Shown here piece after piece: positions 19,451 through 28,911 of a stretch of 64,000 nt of DNA. The stretch's first letter is position 1. Each line of letters starts with the position of its first letter. Both the position numbers and the translations under genes were made by a program. This DNA is from Nitrosopumilus sp. Lineage in GTDB: Archaea > Thermoproteota > Nitrososphaeria > Nitrososphaerales > Nitrosopumilaceae. The notes below the pieces were generated by a model. It was not told where the DNA came from, made no database searches, and was given only the letters and a program-made list of their open reading frames with translations. The stretch spans positions 320,001-384,000 of the forward strand of contig OZ244732.1 in NCBI GenBank assembly GCA_965219345.1. Direction: 5' to 3'.

Positions 19451-20140
19451 ATGAACAAGTCTTTACCAATTATTGCAGTTATAATAGTTGGAGCAATTTC
19501 TGCATATGCACTTTCCCCATACTTTACTGAATCAACAATAGATGAAGCAGTTCCAACTGGCGCCCTCATTCACTCAGAGATTGAGGAGGCTATGGAGGAA
19601 ACTGTGATGGAGGAAACTGTGATGGAGGAAACTGTGATGGAGGAAACTGTGATGGAGGAAACTGTGATGGAGGAAACTGTGATGGAGGAAACTGTGATGG
19701 AGGAAACTGTGATGGAGGAAACTGTGATGGAGGAAACTGTGATGGAGGAAACTGTGATGGAGGAAACTGTGATGGAGGAAACTGTGATGGAGGAAACTGT
19801 GATGGAGGAAACTATTCCAATATCTTATGCTGGAACATTCATCGGTGTTGGTGATGGAATTCATGATGCACAGGGAGACGCATATACAATTCCATTAGAA
19901 GACGGAAGTACTGTACTAAGATTAGAGAACTTCCAATCAACTAACGGTCCAGACTTGTTTGTCTACTTATCAACAGATGATAATGCATCAGAGTTTATCA
20001 ATCTAGGAGAATTAAAAGCAAACAAAGGAAACCAAAATTATGAAATTCCAGACAATGTTGATCTTGGCAAATACGACAAAGTTCTGATTTGGTGTAAAGC
20101 ATTTAGTGTTTTGTTTGGAAGTGCAGAATTATCAACATGA
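19451..20140 (+). CDS. DM13-domain protein with MEETV tandem-repeat linker
   Basis: LRLENFQSTNGPDLFVYLS..LKANKGNQNY..VLIWCKAFSVLFGSAEL. Confidence 0.9.
   Translation: MNKSLPIIAVIIVGAISAYALSPYFTESTIDEAVPTGALIHSEIEEAMEETVMEETVMEETVMEETVMEETVMEETVMEETVMEETVMEETVMEETVMEETVMEETVMEETVMEETVMEETIPISYAGTFIGVGDGIHDAQGDAYTIPLEDGSTVLRLENFQSTNGPDLFVYLSTDDNASEFINLGELKANKGNQNYEIPDNVDLGKYDKVLIWCKAFSVLFGSAELST
19592..19813 (+). repeat. Perfect 15-bp VNTR (ATGGAGGAAACTGTG) x14 plus partial
   Basis: Direct inspection. Confidence 0.95.
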
Positions 20141-20173
20141 ATAAAATATATAGTCTACAAAAATGCGAATAAT

Positions 20174-20338
20174 ATGGCAGAAGCAGGAATTGCGGCGTTT
20201 AGTGCAACAGTGGGAGTTGCAATTTCATTAGCAATTGTTTGTTTTGTACTAAGAGGTAGAGGACATGCAAATGGAACTCATAATCATGATTATGATAAAG
20301 TTACAACAGATGATTCTCATGTACATGTTGATAAATAG
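20174..20338 (+). CDS. Small membrane protein with His-rich tail
   Basis: MAEAGIAAFSATVGVAISLAIVCFVL...HNHD..HVHVDK. Confidence 0.6.
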   Translation: MAEAGIAAFSATVGVAISLAIVCFVLRGRGHANGTHNHDYDKVTTDDSHVHVDK

Positions 20339-20433
20339 ATAAAGAATTAGAAGATCTGTTACAAATAATTTGGCATAATATGGCAAAATAATTCCGTCTA
20401 AATTAATAATCAGAAAGATCCCAAAATCTACAA

Positions 20434-20850
20434 TTGAGCTACAAGTTTCTAGATCATGCAACTGATGCAATAATTGAGGTTACAGCAAAAGACCTGAAAG
20501 AAGCATTTTTAGTCACAGCTGATGCAGTGATAAATCTAACACTTGATCAAAACAAAGTAGAAGAAATAGATCAAAAAGAGTTTTCTGCACAAGGAAAAGA
20601 CCTGAGCTATCTTCTATTTAGTTGGCTAGAAGAGATTACTTTCGTTCTAATCACTGAAGGATTTGCAATAAAGAGAATTGAGTTAGATATTGAGAAAGAT
20701 GAGATCTATAAAATAATTGCAAAGGCATATGGCGAGCCTCTTGATTTTCACAAACACAATTTTAAAGTGGAAATCAAGGCACCAACATTTCATGATATGG
20801 AGATTAGGCAAGAAAAAGGCGTTTTTATGAGATTTTTGCTTGATTTGTGA
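20434..20850 (+). CDS. Archease
   Basis: YKFLDHATDA..EIKAPTFH..FLLDL. Confidence 0.95.
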   Translation: MSYKFLDHATDAIIEVTAKDLKEAFLVTADAVINLTLDQNKVEEIDQKEFSAQGKDLSYLLFSWLEEITFVLITEGFAIKRIELDIEKDEIYKIIAKAYGEPLDFHKHNFKVEIKAPTFHDMEIRQEKGVFMRFLLDL

Positions 20851-20928
20851 TTTTAGTGAATTATTCTTTGCAATAAACAAGAAGAAGTTATACGCGTTTT
20901 TTAAAAATGAACTCTGAGAATTAATATT

Positions 20929-22545
20929 GTGCGAACAAAAATAGGATTATTTGCGATATTTTCGTTATTTGCATTAATGATATTACCAGTCTATGCAGAG
21001 GTTACTACACTCACTTTGGAAAAAAATTTTTACATTGTTAATGAAAAGATTTCATTTTCTGGAACAGAAAATGAGGGAAGAAAAATAGTCACAGTAATTA
21101 TAAAAGATAATAATGGAAATACACAACTGCTTGGTGGTTTTTCAGATTCTGAAGGAAAGTATGAGACAATCCCACAAAGTGTAGGAAGTATTTTTTCAAT
21201 AAATGGAATTTACAATGTAACAGCATTTGATACAGAAGATAGAATTGAAGAAGGAGTATCAATGCAACTAGAGTTTGATGGAGAGAAAGTTTTTGAGGCT
21301 CCTGACTTTGTGTTACAACTAAGAGTAATTTCAGACTATTCAGTTGAAGTAGAAAAAACAATTACATTTACAGCTAGTCTTGTAGATAGTTCAGTTGAGG
21401 ATGCAGTATTTAGTTTAGATAAAGCACCTTCAGATGCTACAATAGATCCAAGTTCTGGAAAATTTGTTTGGGCTGTATCTAAATCATATGGAAGTTTCAA
21501 AGACCAGTCATATTCTTTTGATATTGTTGTAAACAGTGGAGCTCAAGAAGATAGAGAAAATATCACAATTACTGTAAAGCAGACATATGTTGAACCAAAA
21601 ATAACAGAGTCTGAACCAGAAACAAAAGAATTACAAGTTCCAGCTCCATTTGTTGATGAAACAAAGGAACCACAGAGCTATGTTGATAGATACAACAATG
21701 AGGCAAGTTACAAAAAGTGGTTTGATGATAATTATCCAGAATATGCCTCAATTTATGAGGCTGTAGGGTTAGAAGAACCATTACAAGTTCCAGCTCCATT
21801 TGTTGATGAAACAAAGGAACCACAGAGCTATGTTGATAGATACAACAATGAGGCAAGTTACAAAAAGTGGTTTGATGATAATTATCCGGAATATGCCTCA
21901 ATTTATGAGGCTGTAGGGTTAATACGACCATTACAAGTTCCAGCTCCATTTGTTGATGAAACAAAGGAACCACAGAGCTATGTTGATAGATACAACAATG
22001 AGGCAAGTTACAAAAAGTGGTTTGATGATAATTATCCGGAATATGCCTCAATTTATGAGGCTGTAGGGTTAGAAGAACCAATAATTGAAGAACCAGAGTT
22101 TGGTGAATGTGGTGAAGGAACAAAGCTAATTGATGGTAAATGTACAGTTGTTGTAACAAAAAGTAAGGGAGGAGGTTGTCTAATTGCAACTGCCGCATAT
22201 GGCTCCGAGATGGCACCACAAGTTCAATTCCTCAGAGAAATTCGTGACAACCAGTTAATGAATACTGATTCTGGTGTATCGTTCATGACAGGTTTCAATC
22301 AAGTCTACTATTCTTTCTCACCAACAATTGCTGACATGCAAAGGGAAAACCCAATATTCAAAGAAGCAGTAAGGATTGGAATAACCCCACTATTATCATC
22401 ACTGTCAATCATGTCACATGCTGAATCTGAGTCAGAAGTTCTAGGATATGGTATTGGTGTAATTTTGATGAACATTGGAATGTATTTTGGAGTACCAGCT
22501 ATGTTGTTTTACGGAATTAAAAAAGTTAGACGAGTTAAGTTTTAA
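20929..22545 (+). CDS. Secreted CFI-box-CTERM protein with Ig-like domain and three 50-aa repeats
   Basis: Signal peptide; GGGCLIATAAYGSEMAPQVQFLREIRD; C-terminal TM. Confidence 0.9.
   Translation: MRTKIGLFAIFSLFALMILPVYAEVTTLTLEKNFYIVNEKISFSGTENEGRKIVTVIIKDNNGNTQLLGGFSDSEGKYETIPQSVGSIFSINGIYNVTAFDTEDRIEEGVSMQLEFDGEKVFEAPDFVLQLRVISDYSVEVEKTITFTASLVDSSVEDAVFSLDKAPSDATIDPSSGKFVWAVSKSYGSFKDQSYSFDIVVNSGAQEDRENITITVKQTYVEPKITESEPETKELQVPAPFVDETKEPQSYVDRYNNEASYKKWFDDNYPEYASIYEAVGLEEPLQVPAPFVDETKEPQSYVDRYNNEASYKKWFDDNYPEYASIYEAVGLIRPLQVPAPFVDETKEPQSYVDRYNNEASYKKWFDDNYPEYASIYEAVGLEEPIIEEPEFGECGEGTKLIDGKCTVVVTKSKGGGCLIATAAYGSEMAPQVQFLREIRDNQLMNTDSGVSFMTGFNQVYYSFSPTIADMQRENPIFKEAVRIGITPLLSSLSIMSHAESESEVLGYGIGVILMNIGMYFGVPAMLFYGIKKVRRVKF
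21631..22080 (+). repeat. Three near-identical 150-bp tandem repeats
   Basis: Units begin TTACAAGTTCCAGCTCC at 21631, 21781, 21931. Confidence 0.95.
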
Positions 22546-22569
22546 TCACAATACTTTTTGATTGTCATT

Positions 22570-22716
22570 ATGGGAAGACTAGACAAAAATCTCCGAATTT
22601 GTGGTGAGTGTGGTATTGTATATACTTCTGTTAGCTTTACAAAATACATTAATCAGTGTCCCATGTGTAAATCAAGAAGATTTGAGGCAGTTATTAGAAA
22701 ATCAGATAGTGATTAA
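22570..22716 (+). CDS. Small zinc-finger protein
   Basis: CGECG...CPMCKS, 49 codons. Confidence 0.6.
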   Translation: MGRLDKNLRICGECGIVYTSVSFTKYINQCPMCKSRRFEAVIRKSDSD

Positions 22717-22760
22717 TTTTTTAACATAGATTTTTTAGTATAACTGATTTTTGAGATATA

Positions 22761-23162
22761 ATGTCCGAAGATCCAGAAATTGAGAAAATAAAGCAGAGAA
22801 AACTTGAAGAGATGCTTAGACAGCAGAATCAGCCAAGAATTGAGCCTGGAATAGTAGATTTGAATGACTCCAATTTTGACCAAATAATATCAGCTGAGAA
22901 TCCAACATTGGTGGATTTTTGGGCAGAGTGGTGCGGTCCATGCAAGACGATGCATCCAGTTTTTGAGAGTCTGTCAAAAAACTATCCAAAAATTAAATTT
23001 GCAAGAGTCAATGTTGATAATAATCAAAACATTTCAATGAAATTTGCAGTTCAATCAATTCCTACATTTATCATGTTCAAGTCAGGACAGGTTGTAGATA
23101 AAATGATGGGAGCAGTTGGAGCACCTGGAATTCATATGATTTGTAAAAAGTATTCAAACTAA
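22761..23162 (+). CDS. Thioredoxin
   Basis: WCGPC. Confidence 0.95.
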   Translation: MSEDPEIEKIKQRKLEEMLRQQNQPRIEPGIVDLNDSNFDQIISAENPTLVDFWAEWCGPCKTMHPVFESLSKNYPKIKFARVNVDNNQNISMKFAVQSIPTFIMFKSGQVVDKMMGAVGAPGIHMICKKYSN

Positions 23163-24940
23163 TAGGCATATGCCGGTTCTTTTTCTCGTTGAATCCTAAC
23201 TATTTCATTTAGAATTTTTTGTTCTTCAGGATTTAGTTTATGCATGAATCTGTTGAGTAGTTGTCTTGCCTCATGTGATGGTGGAAATGTATAGTATACT
23301 TCTTCTTCAAAGATTTGTCTGCCGATTGTGACATCTTGAACGGAACAAGCAACCTCATCTCCTGTTTTTGCAGTACTTACTGTCTTTTTATCAAGCTGAA
23401 GCTGATGAATACTTCCAACCTTTCTTCCAGCCATATTCATAAATGGGATTTTATGCTTTAGAGTTCCTACATCCACACGAATTCCAAAGACTGCAGGATT
23501 ATTATTTCGAAAAACCATTCCTTTAAGGAAAGTAAATTTTGAGATTGGAATTAATTCTGAAAAGATTGCATCATCTTCATTTGCAGTGTCTTCTTCAACC
23601 CAAGCAGTATAATTGTCAATTAAACTATAGATAACTTTGTCTTCAAACACTTTGATATGACTATCTTCTGATTCTTCTTTTGCATTAGGCAGAACCTTTA
23701 CATTAAATGACAAAACAACTCCAAGATGCCTATCTTTTTCTTTGATTGCTTTTGCCTCTACTACATCTCGTCTATTAACAGGACCAATATCGGCTTTGGC
23801 AACAGGAACTTGGGAGCGTCTAAGCATCTCGAGTATAGCTTCAAGTGAGCCTATAGTATCACATTTGAGGATAATACCATCAGTTTCAGTGTCAATAAAC
23901 ATAGATTTCATCTCAGATTCGATGAGTTTGGTAAATTTTTCAATCTCTTCATCATTTGATGCAACATAAAGAGTACTTCCTGGAAGAACTCCTTCAAGAT
24001 CAGGGGATGCAATTTTGAGTCCAGCAGCTGCATCTACTTGTGCAACTGGTTTGAATTTGTCCCGAGGATCTCGCATCTCATCAAGAGGTTTTGGTAAAAG
24101 TAACGCCTTTGGTTTTATAACAACTACCGAATCTCTTTTAGCTACAACAATGCTATTTTCTTTTTTGACTGTTCCATCAATTAGAATGATATTTGCCGTT
24201 TGCCCTAATCCGACCTCATCCTTTACCTCTAAGACAATGCCGCGTGGATCTTTTTCTTCTTGGTTGAGTCTTTTTTGAAGATACTGTTGTGTCAGTCCTA
24301 CTAGCACACTAAGCAGTTCTGGAATTCCAACTCCAGATCGTGCAGAAATTGGAACTATTGCAATTTCTGATTTAAAGTCCTTAACACGATAAAATGCTTC
24401 GGATTGATATCCCAAAATAGAAAGGGTACCCACTACATCGTAGATCTTTTGATCAAGATCAGCTTGAATTGATGCATCTTGGTCTTTTATTGCCTGTGAG
24501 ATAAACAAAGATTCAGATTTTCTCCACCCAGAAATTTGATCACATTTGTTAAGTGCAACTACAAATGGAACTTTTCTATTCTGTAAAATTTTCAAGCTTT
24601 CATTTGTTTGTGGTTGAAATCCGCGATTAACATCAACTACAAGAATTGCAATGTCAGCTGCTGAACCTCCTCTGGAACGAAGATTTGTAAAAACTTCGTG
24701 TCCAGGAGTATCAATAACTAAAATTCCTGGAACCTTGTTTTCAGATTCCTCAAGTTTCTTGTATAAAATACCACATGTTTCTTTGATGGTTTCAGTTGGA
24801 AGAAAGCTAGCACCAATATGTTGGGTTATTCCGCCTGCTTCTCTACCTTGAACTCCCGTACCACGGATTCTGTCTAAAAGAGATGTTTTACCAGAGTCTA
24901 CGTGACCAAGAACTGCCACTATGGGCTGACGAATTTGCAA
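23159..24940 (-). CDS. infB: Translation initiation factor aIF5B (IF-2)
   Basis: GHVDSGKT, GGITQHIGA, DTPGHE, NKCD. Confidence 0.98.
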   Translation of the reverse strand: MQIRQPIVAVLGHVDSGKTSLLDRIRGTGVQGREAGGITQHIGASFLPTETIKETCGILYKKLEESENKVPGILVIDTPGHEVFTNLRSRGGSAADIAILVVDVNRGFQPQTNESLKILQNRKVPFVVALNKCDQISGWRKSESLFISQAIKDQDASIQADLDQKIYDVVGTLSILGYQSEAFYRVKDFKSEIAIVPISARSGVGIPELLSVLVGLTQQYLQKRLNQEEKDPRGIVLEVKDEVGLGQTANIILIDGTVKKENSIVVAKRDSVVVIKPKALLLPKPLDEMRDPRDKFKPVAQVDAAAGLKIASPDLEGVLPGSTLYVASNDEEIEKFTKLIESEMKSMFIDTETDGIILKCDTIGSLEAILEMLRRSQVPVAKADIGPVNRRDVVEAKAIKEKDRHLGVVLSFNVKVLPNAKEESEDSHIKVFEDKVIYSLIDNYTAWVEEDTANEDDAIFSELIPISKFTFLKGMVFRNNNPAVFGIRVDVGTLKHKIPFMNMAGRKVGSIHQLQLDKKTVSTAKTGDEVACSVQDVTIGRQIFEEEVYYTFPPSHEARQLLNRFMHKLNPEEQKILNEIVRIQREKEPAYAY

Positions 24941-24946
24941 ATCAGA

Positions 24947-25348
24947 TCACTCAAATGCTACCCTCGATTCGTGATCAAAACTTTCTTGTGAATCTGATGC
25001 ATGAATAATATTTTCGCTAAATCCTAGTCCAAAGTCTCCCCTGATGGAACCAGGTTCTGCTTCAAATGATTTTGTTGCGCCAACCATAATTCTAGTTGTA
25101 GCAATTGCATTATTTCCTTCAATGATTGCTGCAACTACAGGTCCCGATGTGATATATGACATCAATTCACCAAAGAATGGTTTGTCTTTGTGAACATCAT
25201 AGAATTTCTCTGCCTGTTCTTGAGTAAATGTAAACATCTTCAGTTTCAAAATTTTAAATCCTTTTCTTTCAAATCTTGAGACAACTTTGCCAACTAGATT
25301 TCTATCTACTCCATCCGGCTTTACAATGAACAGGGTTTTTTCAGACAA
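24947..25348 (-). CDS. ndk: Nucleoside diphosphate kinase
   Basis: KPDGV..PGSIRGDF..NIIHASDS. Confidence 0.98.
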   Translation of the reverse strand: MSEKTLFIVKPDGVDRNLVGKVVSRFERKGFKILKLKMFTFTQEQAEKFYDVHKDKPFFGELMSYITSGPVVAAIIEGNNAIATTRIMVGATKSFEAEPGSIRGDFGLGFSENIIHASDSQESFDHESRVAFE

Positions 25349-25350
25349 TT

Positions 25351-25551
25351 TTACTTCTTTCTAATTCCGCCTTTAACGTGTTTTTTGGTCCATTTTAATT
25401 TTCTTGGATCACGTTTTAGAACTAGTGCGTTTTTTTTGCATTTAGAAGAACAAAACCACAAAACAGTTCCATCATTTTTAGCAAGCATAGTACCAGAACC
25501 TTTTGGAACTGGTTTGTCACAGAAATTACAAGGTTTAGCTAAAAGACTCAT
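25351..25551 (-). CDS. rpl24e: 50S ribosomal protein L24e
   Basis: CNFC..FCSSKC..PRKLKWT; conserved operon context. Confidence 0.97.
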   Translation of the reverse strand: MSLLAKPCNFCDKPVPKGSGTMLAKNDGTVLWFCSSKCKKNALVLKRDPRKLKWTKKHVKGGIRKK

Positions 25552-25559
25552 CTGTTCAC

Positions 25560-25772
25560 CTATTTGATCTTCTTTGCTTCTCTCTCTGTTTCTCTTAGCA
25601 TTAGAATCTCTCCTTCTCTAACAGAACCTTTGACATTTCTTGTAAGAATTCGTCCTTTATCATTTCCTGTAAGAACTTTGACTCTAACTTGAATTACTTC
25701 ACCAGCAATACCAGTTCGTCCAACAATTTGAATAATTTCAGATTGAACTACCTGATCAGTTGTAGAACTCAT
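25560..25772 (-). CDS. rps28e: 30S ribosomal protein S28e
   Basis: [25 protein letters not shown]. Confidence 0.97.
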   Translation of the reverse strand: MSSTTDQVVQSEIIQIVGRTGIAGEVIQVRVKVLTGNDKGRILTRNVKGSVREGEILMLRETEREAKKIK

Positions 25773-26155
25773 TGATCAGTCTTGCCACCTTTGATTTTAG
25801 AAATTGTTTCTACAATTTGATCTACTATGTGTTGTGCATCACCAGCATCCAAAATAGCTGCAGCCGCTGAAGTAATCTCAATTCCTAATGAACTACCTAA
25901 TTCTTGCTTAGTTGGAACAAATACAAATGCTGCACCCTGTTCCTCACATAGAATTGGAAGATGAGCTACTACCTCAGGTGGTTCAACGTCTTCGGCTATA
26001 ACAATCAGTTTGCTTGAACCACGTTCGATTGCTTTGGTGGCTTCATTGGTTCCTTTTTTGACTTTACCGCTGGTAGCTGCTACTCTAAGTGCCTCTAAAA
26101 TTGGACTTACAAGGTCCTCTGGCGTCTCAAATTTAACGTAATAAGGTTTTCCCAT
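25769..26155 (-). CDS. rpl7ae: 50S ribosomal protein L7Ae
   Basis: [29 protein letters not shown]. Confidence 0.98.
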   Translation of the reverse strand: MGKPYYVKFETPEDLVSPILEALRVAATSGKVKKGTNEATKAIERGSSKLIVIAEDVEPPEVVAHLPILCEEQGAAFVFVPTKQELGSSLGIEITSAAAAILDAGDAQHIVDQIVETISKIKGGKTDQ

Positions 26156-26200
26156 ACTTCGTCACCCTAGGGTTCATTCTCCATTCCATTCATCGATTCG
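26156..26200 (-). promoter_or_regulatory. Putative K-turn autoregulatory leader of rpl7ae
   Basis: Minus strand TCG-ATGA...ATGA-ACCC-TA-GGGT-GA-CGA before ATG; L7Ae 5'-UTR K-turns are established in archaea. Confidence 0.45.
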
Positions 26201-26216
26201 TTTGGTATTAAAAGTG

Positions 26217-27575
26217 TTATCTGGAAATTATAGACTTTATCTTGTTGAGATATTCAGACATCAAAGTGTCTAGTTGCTCTTGACTTTCAGCTTCTGCATA
26301 AATTCTAACAATCGGTTCTGTTCCGCTAGGTCTAATCATTACCCAATTTTTAGGATCAGTTGTAATTTTGATACCGTCAGTTGTATCGGAACTTGGGAAT
26401 TCTTCTTTTAGTGAGGAAATCAGTTTTGAAACATTTTCAGGAGAACATGAAACCTTGTCTTTGGTAGTGAAAGAAGGAGGCAAACTGGCAATTTCATCGG
26501 ATAGAGATGTTCCTCTAGTCAAAAGGTCAAGCATTAATGCCAAAGTCATACAACCGTCTCTAACTTGATTGTGCCTTCCATACATGTAACCGCCATTTTC
26601 TTCAAATCCTATTAACGCATCAGTGTGAATCATTTTTCTTGATACTTCAACGCTACCTATTTTGGTGCGAATAACTTTTGAATTAAATTTATCAGCTAAA
26701 ACTTCAATATTAGAACCTGAATTCAAACAAGTAACAATCAAAGAGTTTTGATTTTTCTTTAATATATGCTGAGTAAGAACAAGTGCAGATTTATCGCCAG
26801 TTAATATATTACCTTTATTGTCACAAAAAATACTTCGATCTCCATCTCCATCAAATGCTATTCCAAAATCAGCATTGTTTTCTGTTACAGTCTTGGAAAG
26901 TTCAGAAAGATTTTGTGGTGTTGGTTCTGATCCACGTCCTGAAAATTTTCCATCAATACTCTGATTGACAAGAAGGGTTTCACATTGCATCATTTTACAA
27001 AAATCAGGTGCAGAAACTGCCTGTGCACCATTTCCTAAATCCAAAACAACTTTGAAATTTTTTGATTCTATTAATTTAGAATCAACTTGAGATACAATTC
27101 CTTTTAGATACGTTTCAATTGCTCTTTCTTCTTTTCCTGTAGTACCCCAATTTTTGGTATTCTTAATCCAACTTTTTTGCAGATAGATATCTTCAATTAT
27201 TAATTCATCTTCTCGTGAAATCTCAACCCCATCTTTGGCAGCAGGTTTGATTCCATTGTATTGAGGAGGATTGTGAGAAGCAGTAATCATAATTCCACCA
27301 GAATATCCCAGAGTCTTTACTGCAAATTGAAGACAGGGTGTTGGAATAATTCCTGTAACATTACAATCAATTCCTATTGAACTAAGAGCAGAACTTACAA
27401 CTTTGGAAATTGCTGGACTTGATTCTCTTCCATCAAAACTAATCAGTACTGGTCCCCTTTCAAAATAGGTTCCAATAGCTAGAGTCATATCATGAACAAA
27501 TTCTAATGTAAAGTCTTCAGAAAATACTCCACGAATTCCATTAGTTCCAAAAAATTTTGCCATGATGTTACTCAA
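26217..27575 (-). CDS. glmM: Phosphoglucosamine mutase / phosphohexomutase
   Basis: FGTNGIRG, TASHNP, DGDGDR, RPSGTEP. Confidence 0.9.
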   Translation of the reverse strand: MSNIMAKFFGTNGIRGVFSEDFTLEFVHDMTLAIGTYFERGPVLISFDGRESSPAISKVVSSALSSIGIDCNVTGIIPTPCLQFAVKTLGYSGGIMITASHNPPQYNGIKPAAKDGVEISREDELIIEDIYLQKSWIKNTKNWGTTGKEERAIETYLKGIVSQVDSKLIESKNFKVVLDLGNGAQAVSAPDFCKMMQCETLLVNQSIDGKFSGRGSEPTPQNLSELSKTVTENNADFGIAFDGDGDRSIFCDNKGNILTGDKSALVLTQHILKKNQNSLIVTCLNSGSNIEVLADKFNSKVIRTKIGSVEVSRKMIHTDALIGFEENGGYMYGRHNQVRDGCMTLALMLDLLTRGTSLSDEIASLPPSFTTKDKVSCSPENVSKLISSLKEEFPSSDTTDGIKITTDPKNWVMIRPSGTEPIVRIYAEAESQEQLDTLMSEYLNKIKSIISR

Positions 27576-27599
27576 TAATAGATAAATTTGTGGGTATCT

Positions 27600-27900
27600 A
27601 TCTAGACCATATAACGTTAAAAAAATGGCGCCAAGTACATCATCAGTTTTTATCCACAGGTAAAAAATGCCAAGAATCCTGATGTAGTACTTTTCAGACT
27701 GACACTTTCAAAAGACGGACTAAGGAGACTCTCAAAGATTGCCTAGTCAGACGATGTTGTGGTAATTGAGTAGTTACAATAATCAGATAAGAGGAGTTAA
27801 GGTACTATGAAGCAGAGTTTAAAATATCATCAATTATTTTTACATAAATCAGTCGATCTGTAGCATAAGAAGAAATCAATCGAATACGTAGCAAAACTAT
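27600..27900 (+). pseudogene. Heavily degraded gene remnant, possibly response-regulator receiver domain
   Basis: Fragments resembling KNPDVVLF..KDGL..FLHKSVDL; boundaries approximate. Confidence 0.25.
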
Positions 27901-28027
27901 ATTTTTCATATTTAGGGTCATACTAAGGTCAGCAGTAAGGTGTCGATGGTAAGAAGTAAAAGAATTACAAGCACAGTTACAAGCAAATGAAGAAAAAATG
28001 CAAACCCAGGAAGAGAAAATGTAGGCA

Positions 28028-28198
28028 ATGGGAGATGAGAAGAAAACTCGTGACGATAAAGAAAAACACGAGATGGCCGCAAAGATCGCAAATTATGAAA
28101 AAGACTCTAAGAAAATTTTACAAAATAATTGGGAAAAGATTAAATCTGAATATCAAACTCAATTAACAGAATACAACAAGGAATATTTTTACAGTTAA
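28028..28198 (+). CDS. Small charged hypothetical protein
   Basis: 57-codon ORF MGDEKKTRDDKEKHE... Confidence 0.45.
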   Translation: MGDEKKTRDDKEKHEMAAKIANYEKDSKKILQNNWEKIKSEYQTQLTEYNKEYFYS

Positions 28199-28238
28199 CT
28201 AGCATAGAATTGAACAAGTAAATCATTCATGATTTAGA

Positions 28239-28454
28239 TTACAATAATTCAAGAAACTCTTTTTTTGTCAATCTACAATCAGAAATTATTTGTAATATCA
28301 ATCCCTTTCCAAGTTCTTTTTTTCTGGGAACTGAAGCTCATAACCCATTACCATTTTCAACTATAATGTGACTTCCAGATTGTCTTATAGGATAAAAATC
28401 TCTTTTTCGTAATGCTTTGAGTATCTCTCTGTACTCAATAACAGGAAGACTCAA
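28239..28454 (-). pseudogene. HicA-family toxin with in-frame stop
   Basis: LPVIEYREILKAL..RQSGSHII..NGL*ASVPRKKELGKG..; TGA at 28338-40; TTG start overlaps hicB stop. Confidence 0.8.
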
Positions 28455-28660
28455 AGTGACACGGTGACTAATTTTGAAGCCAAATTTTTCTTCTTATCTT
28501 CAAGATATGACTTGCACAATTTGATTGCCTTTTTGGTATCTATAATTGCTTCTTGTTTTGTGCCGCCTTGTCCTCTAGCTTGTGTAATTTCCAGACAGTA
28601 ACCAACATAAAATTCCCCATCTTTCTTGACTAGAATGTTGCAATCCTTCTTTTTACTCAT
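28451..28660 (-). CDS. HicB-family antitoxin
   Basis: YVGYCLEI..ARGQGGTKQEAI; probable start 28660. Confidence 0.8.
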   Translation of the reverse strand: MSKKKDCNILVKKDGEFYVGYCLEITQARGQGGTKQEAIIDTKKAIKLCKSYLEDKKKNLASKLVTVSL

Positions 28661-28771
28661 ATTTTTCATACGGCTTTTAATTATGTAAAATAGATCTGAA
28701 ATCCGTATTAAAAATTTGAGTTTAACTATTGTCTCACAACAGTTAACTTTGTGTTTAATGGCATGTCCGTT

Positions 28772-28856
28772 GCGGGAGTCGCCCAGCCTGGTCAAAGGCG
28801 TAGGGCTTAGGACCCTATCTCTTAGGAGTTCGTGGGTTCGAATCCCACCTCCCGCA
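28772..28856 (+). tRNA. tRNA-Leu(TAG)
   Basis: Cloverleaf GCGGGAG..CTCCCGC-A, anticodon arm TAGGG-CTTAGGA-CCCTA, long variable arm. Confidence 0.97.
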
Positions 28857-28911
28857 CCTTTCTGATTTCTGTGAATGATTAATAATGAGAAAATATCCAA
28901 CAAACAAGGTC

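Noticed and set aside
19574-19864. Minus-strand HHSFL repeat protein
   Set aside because: Antisense shadow of the MEETV VNTR.
21569-22219. 216-aa minus-strand repeat ORF
   Set aside because: Antisense shadow of the 150-bp repeats in the CFI-box gene.
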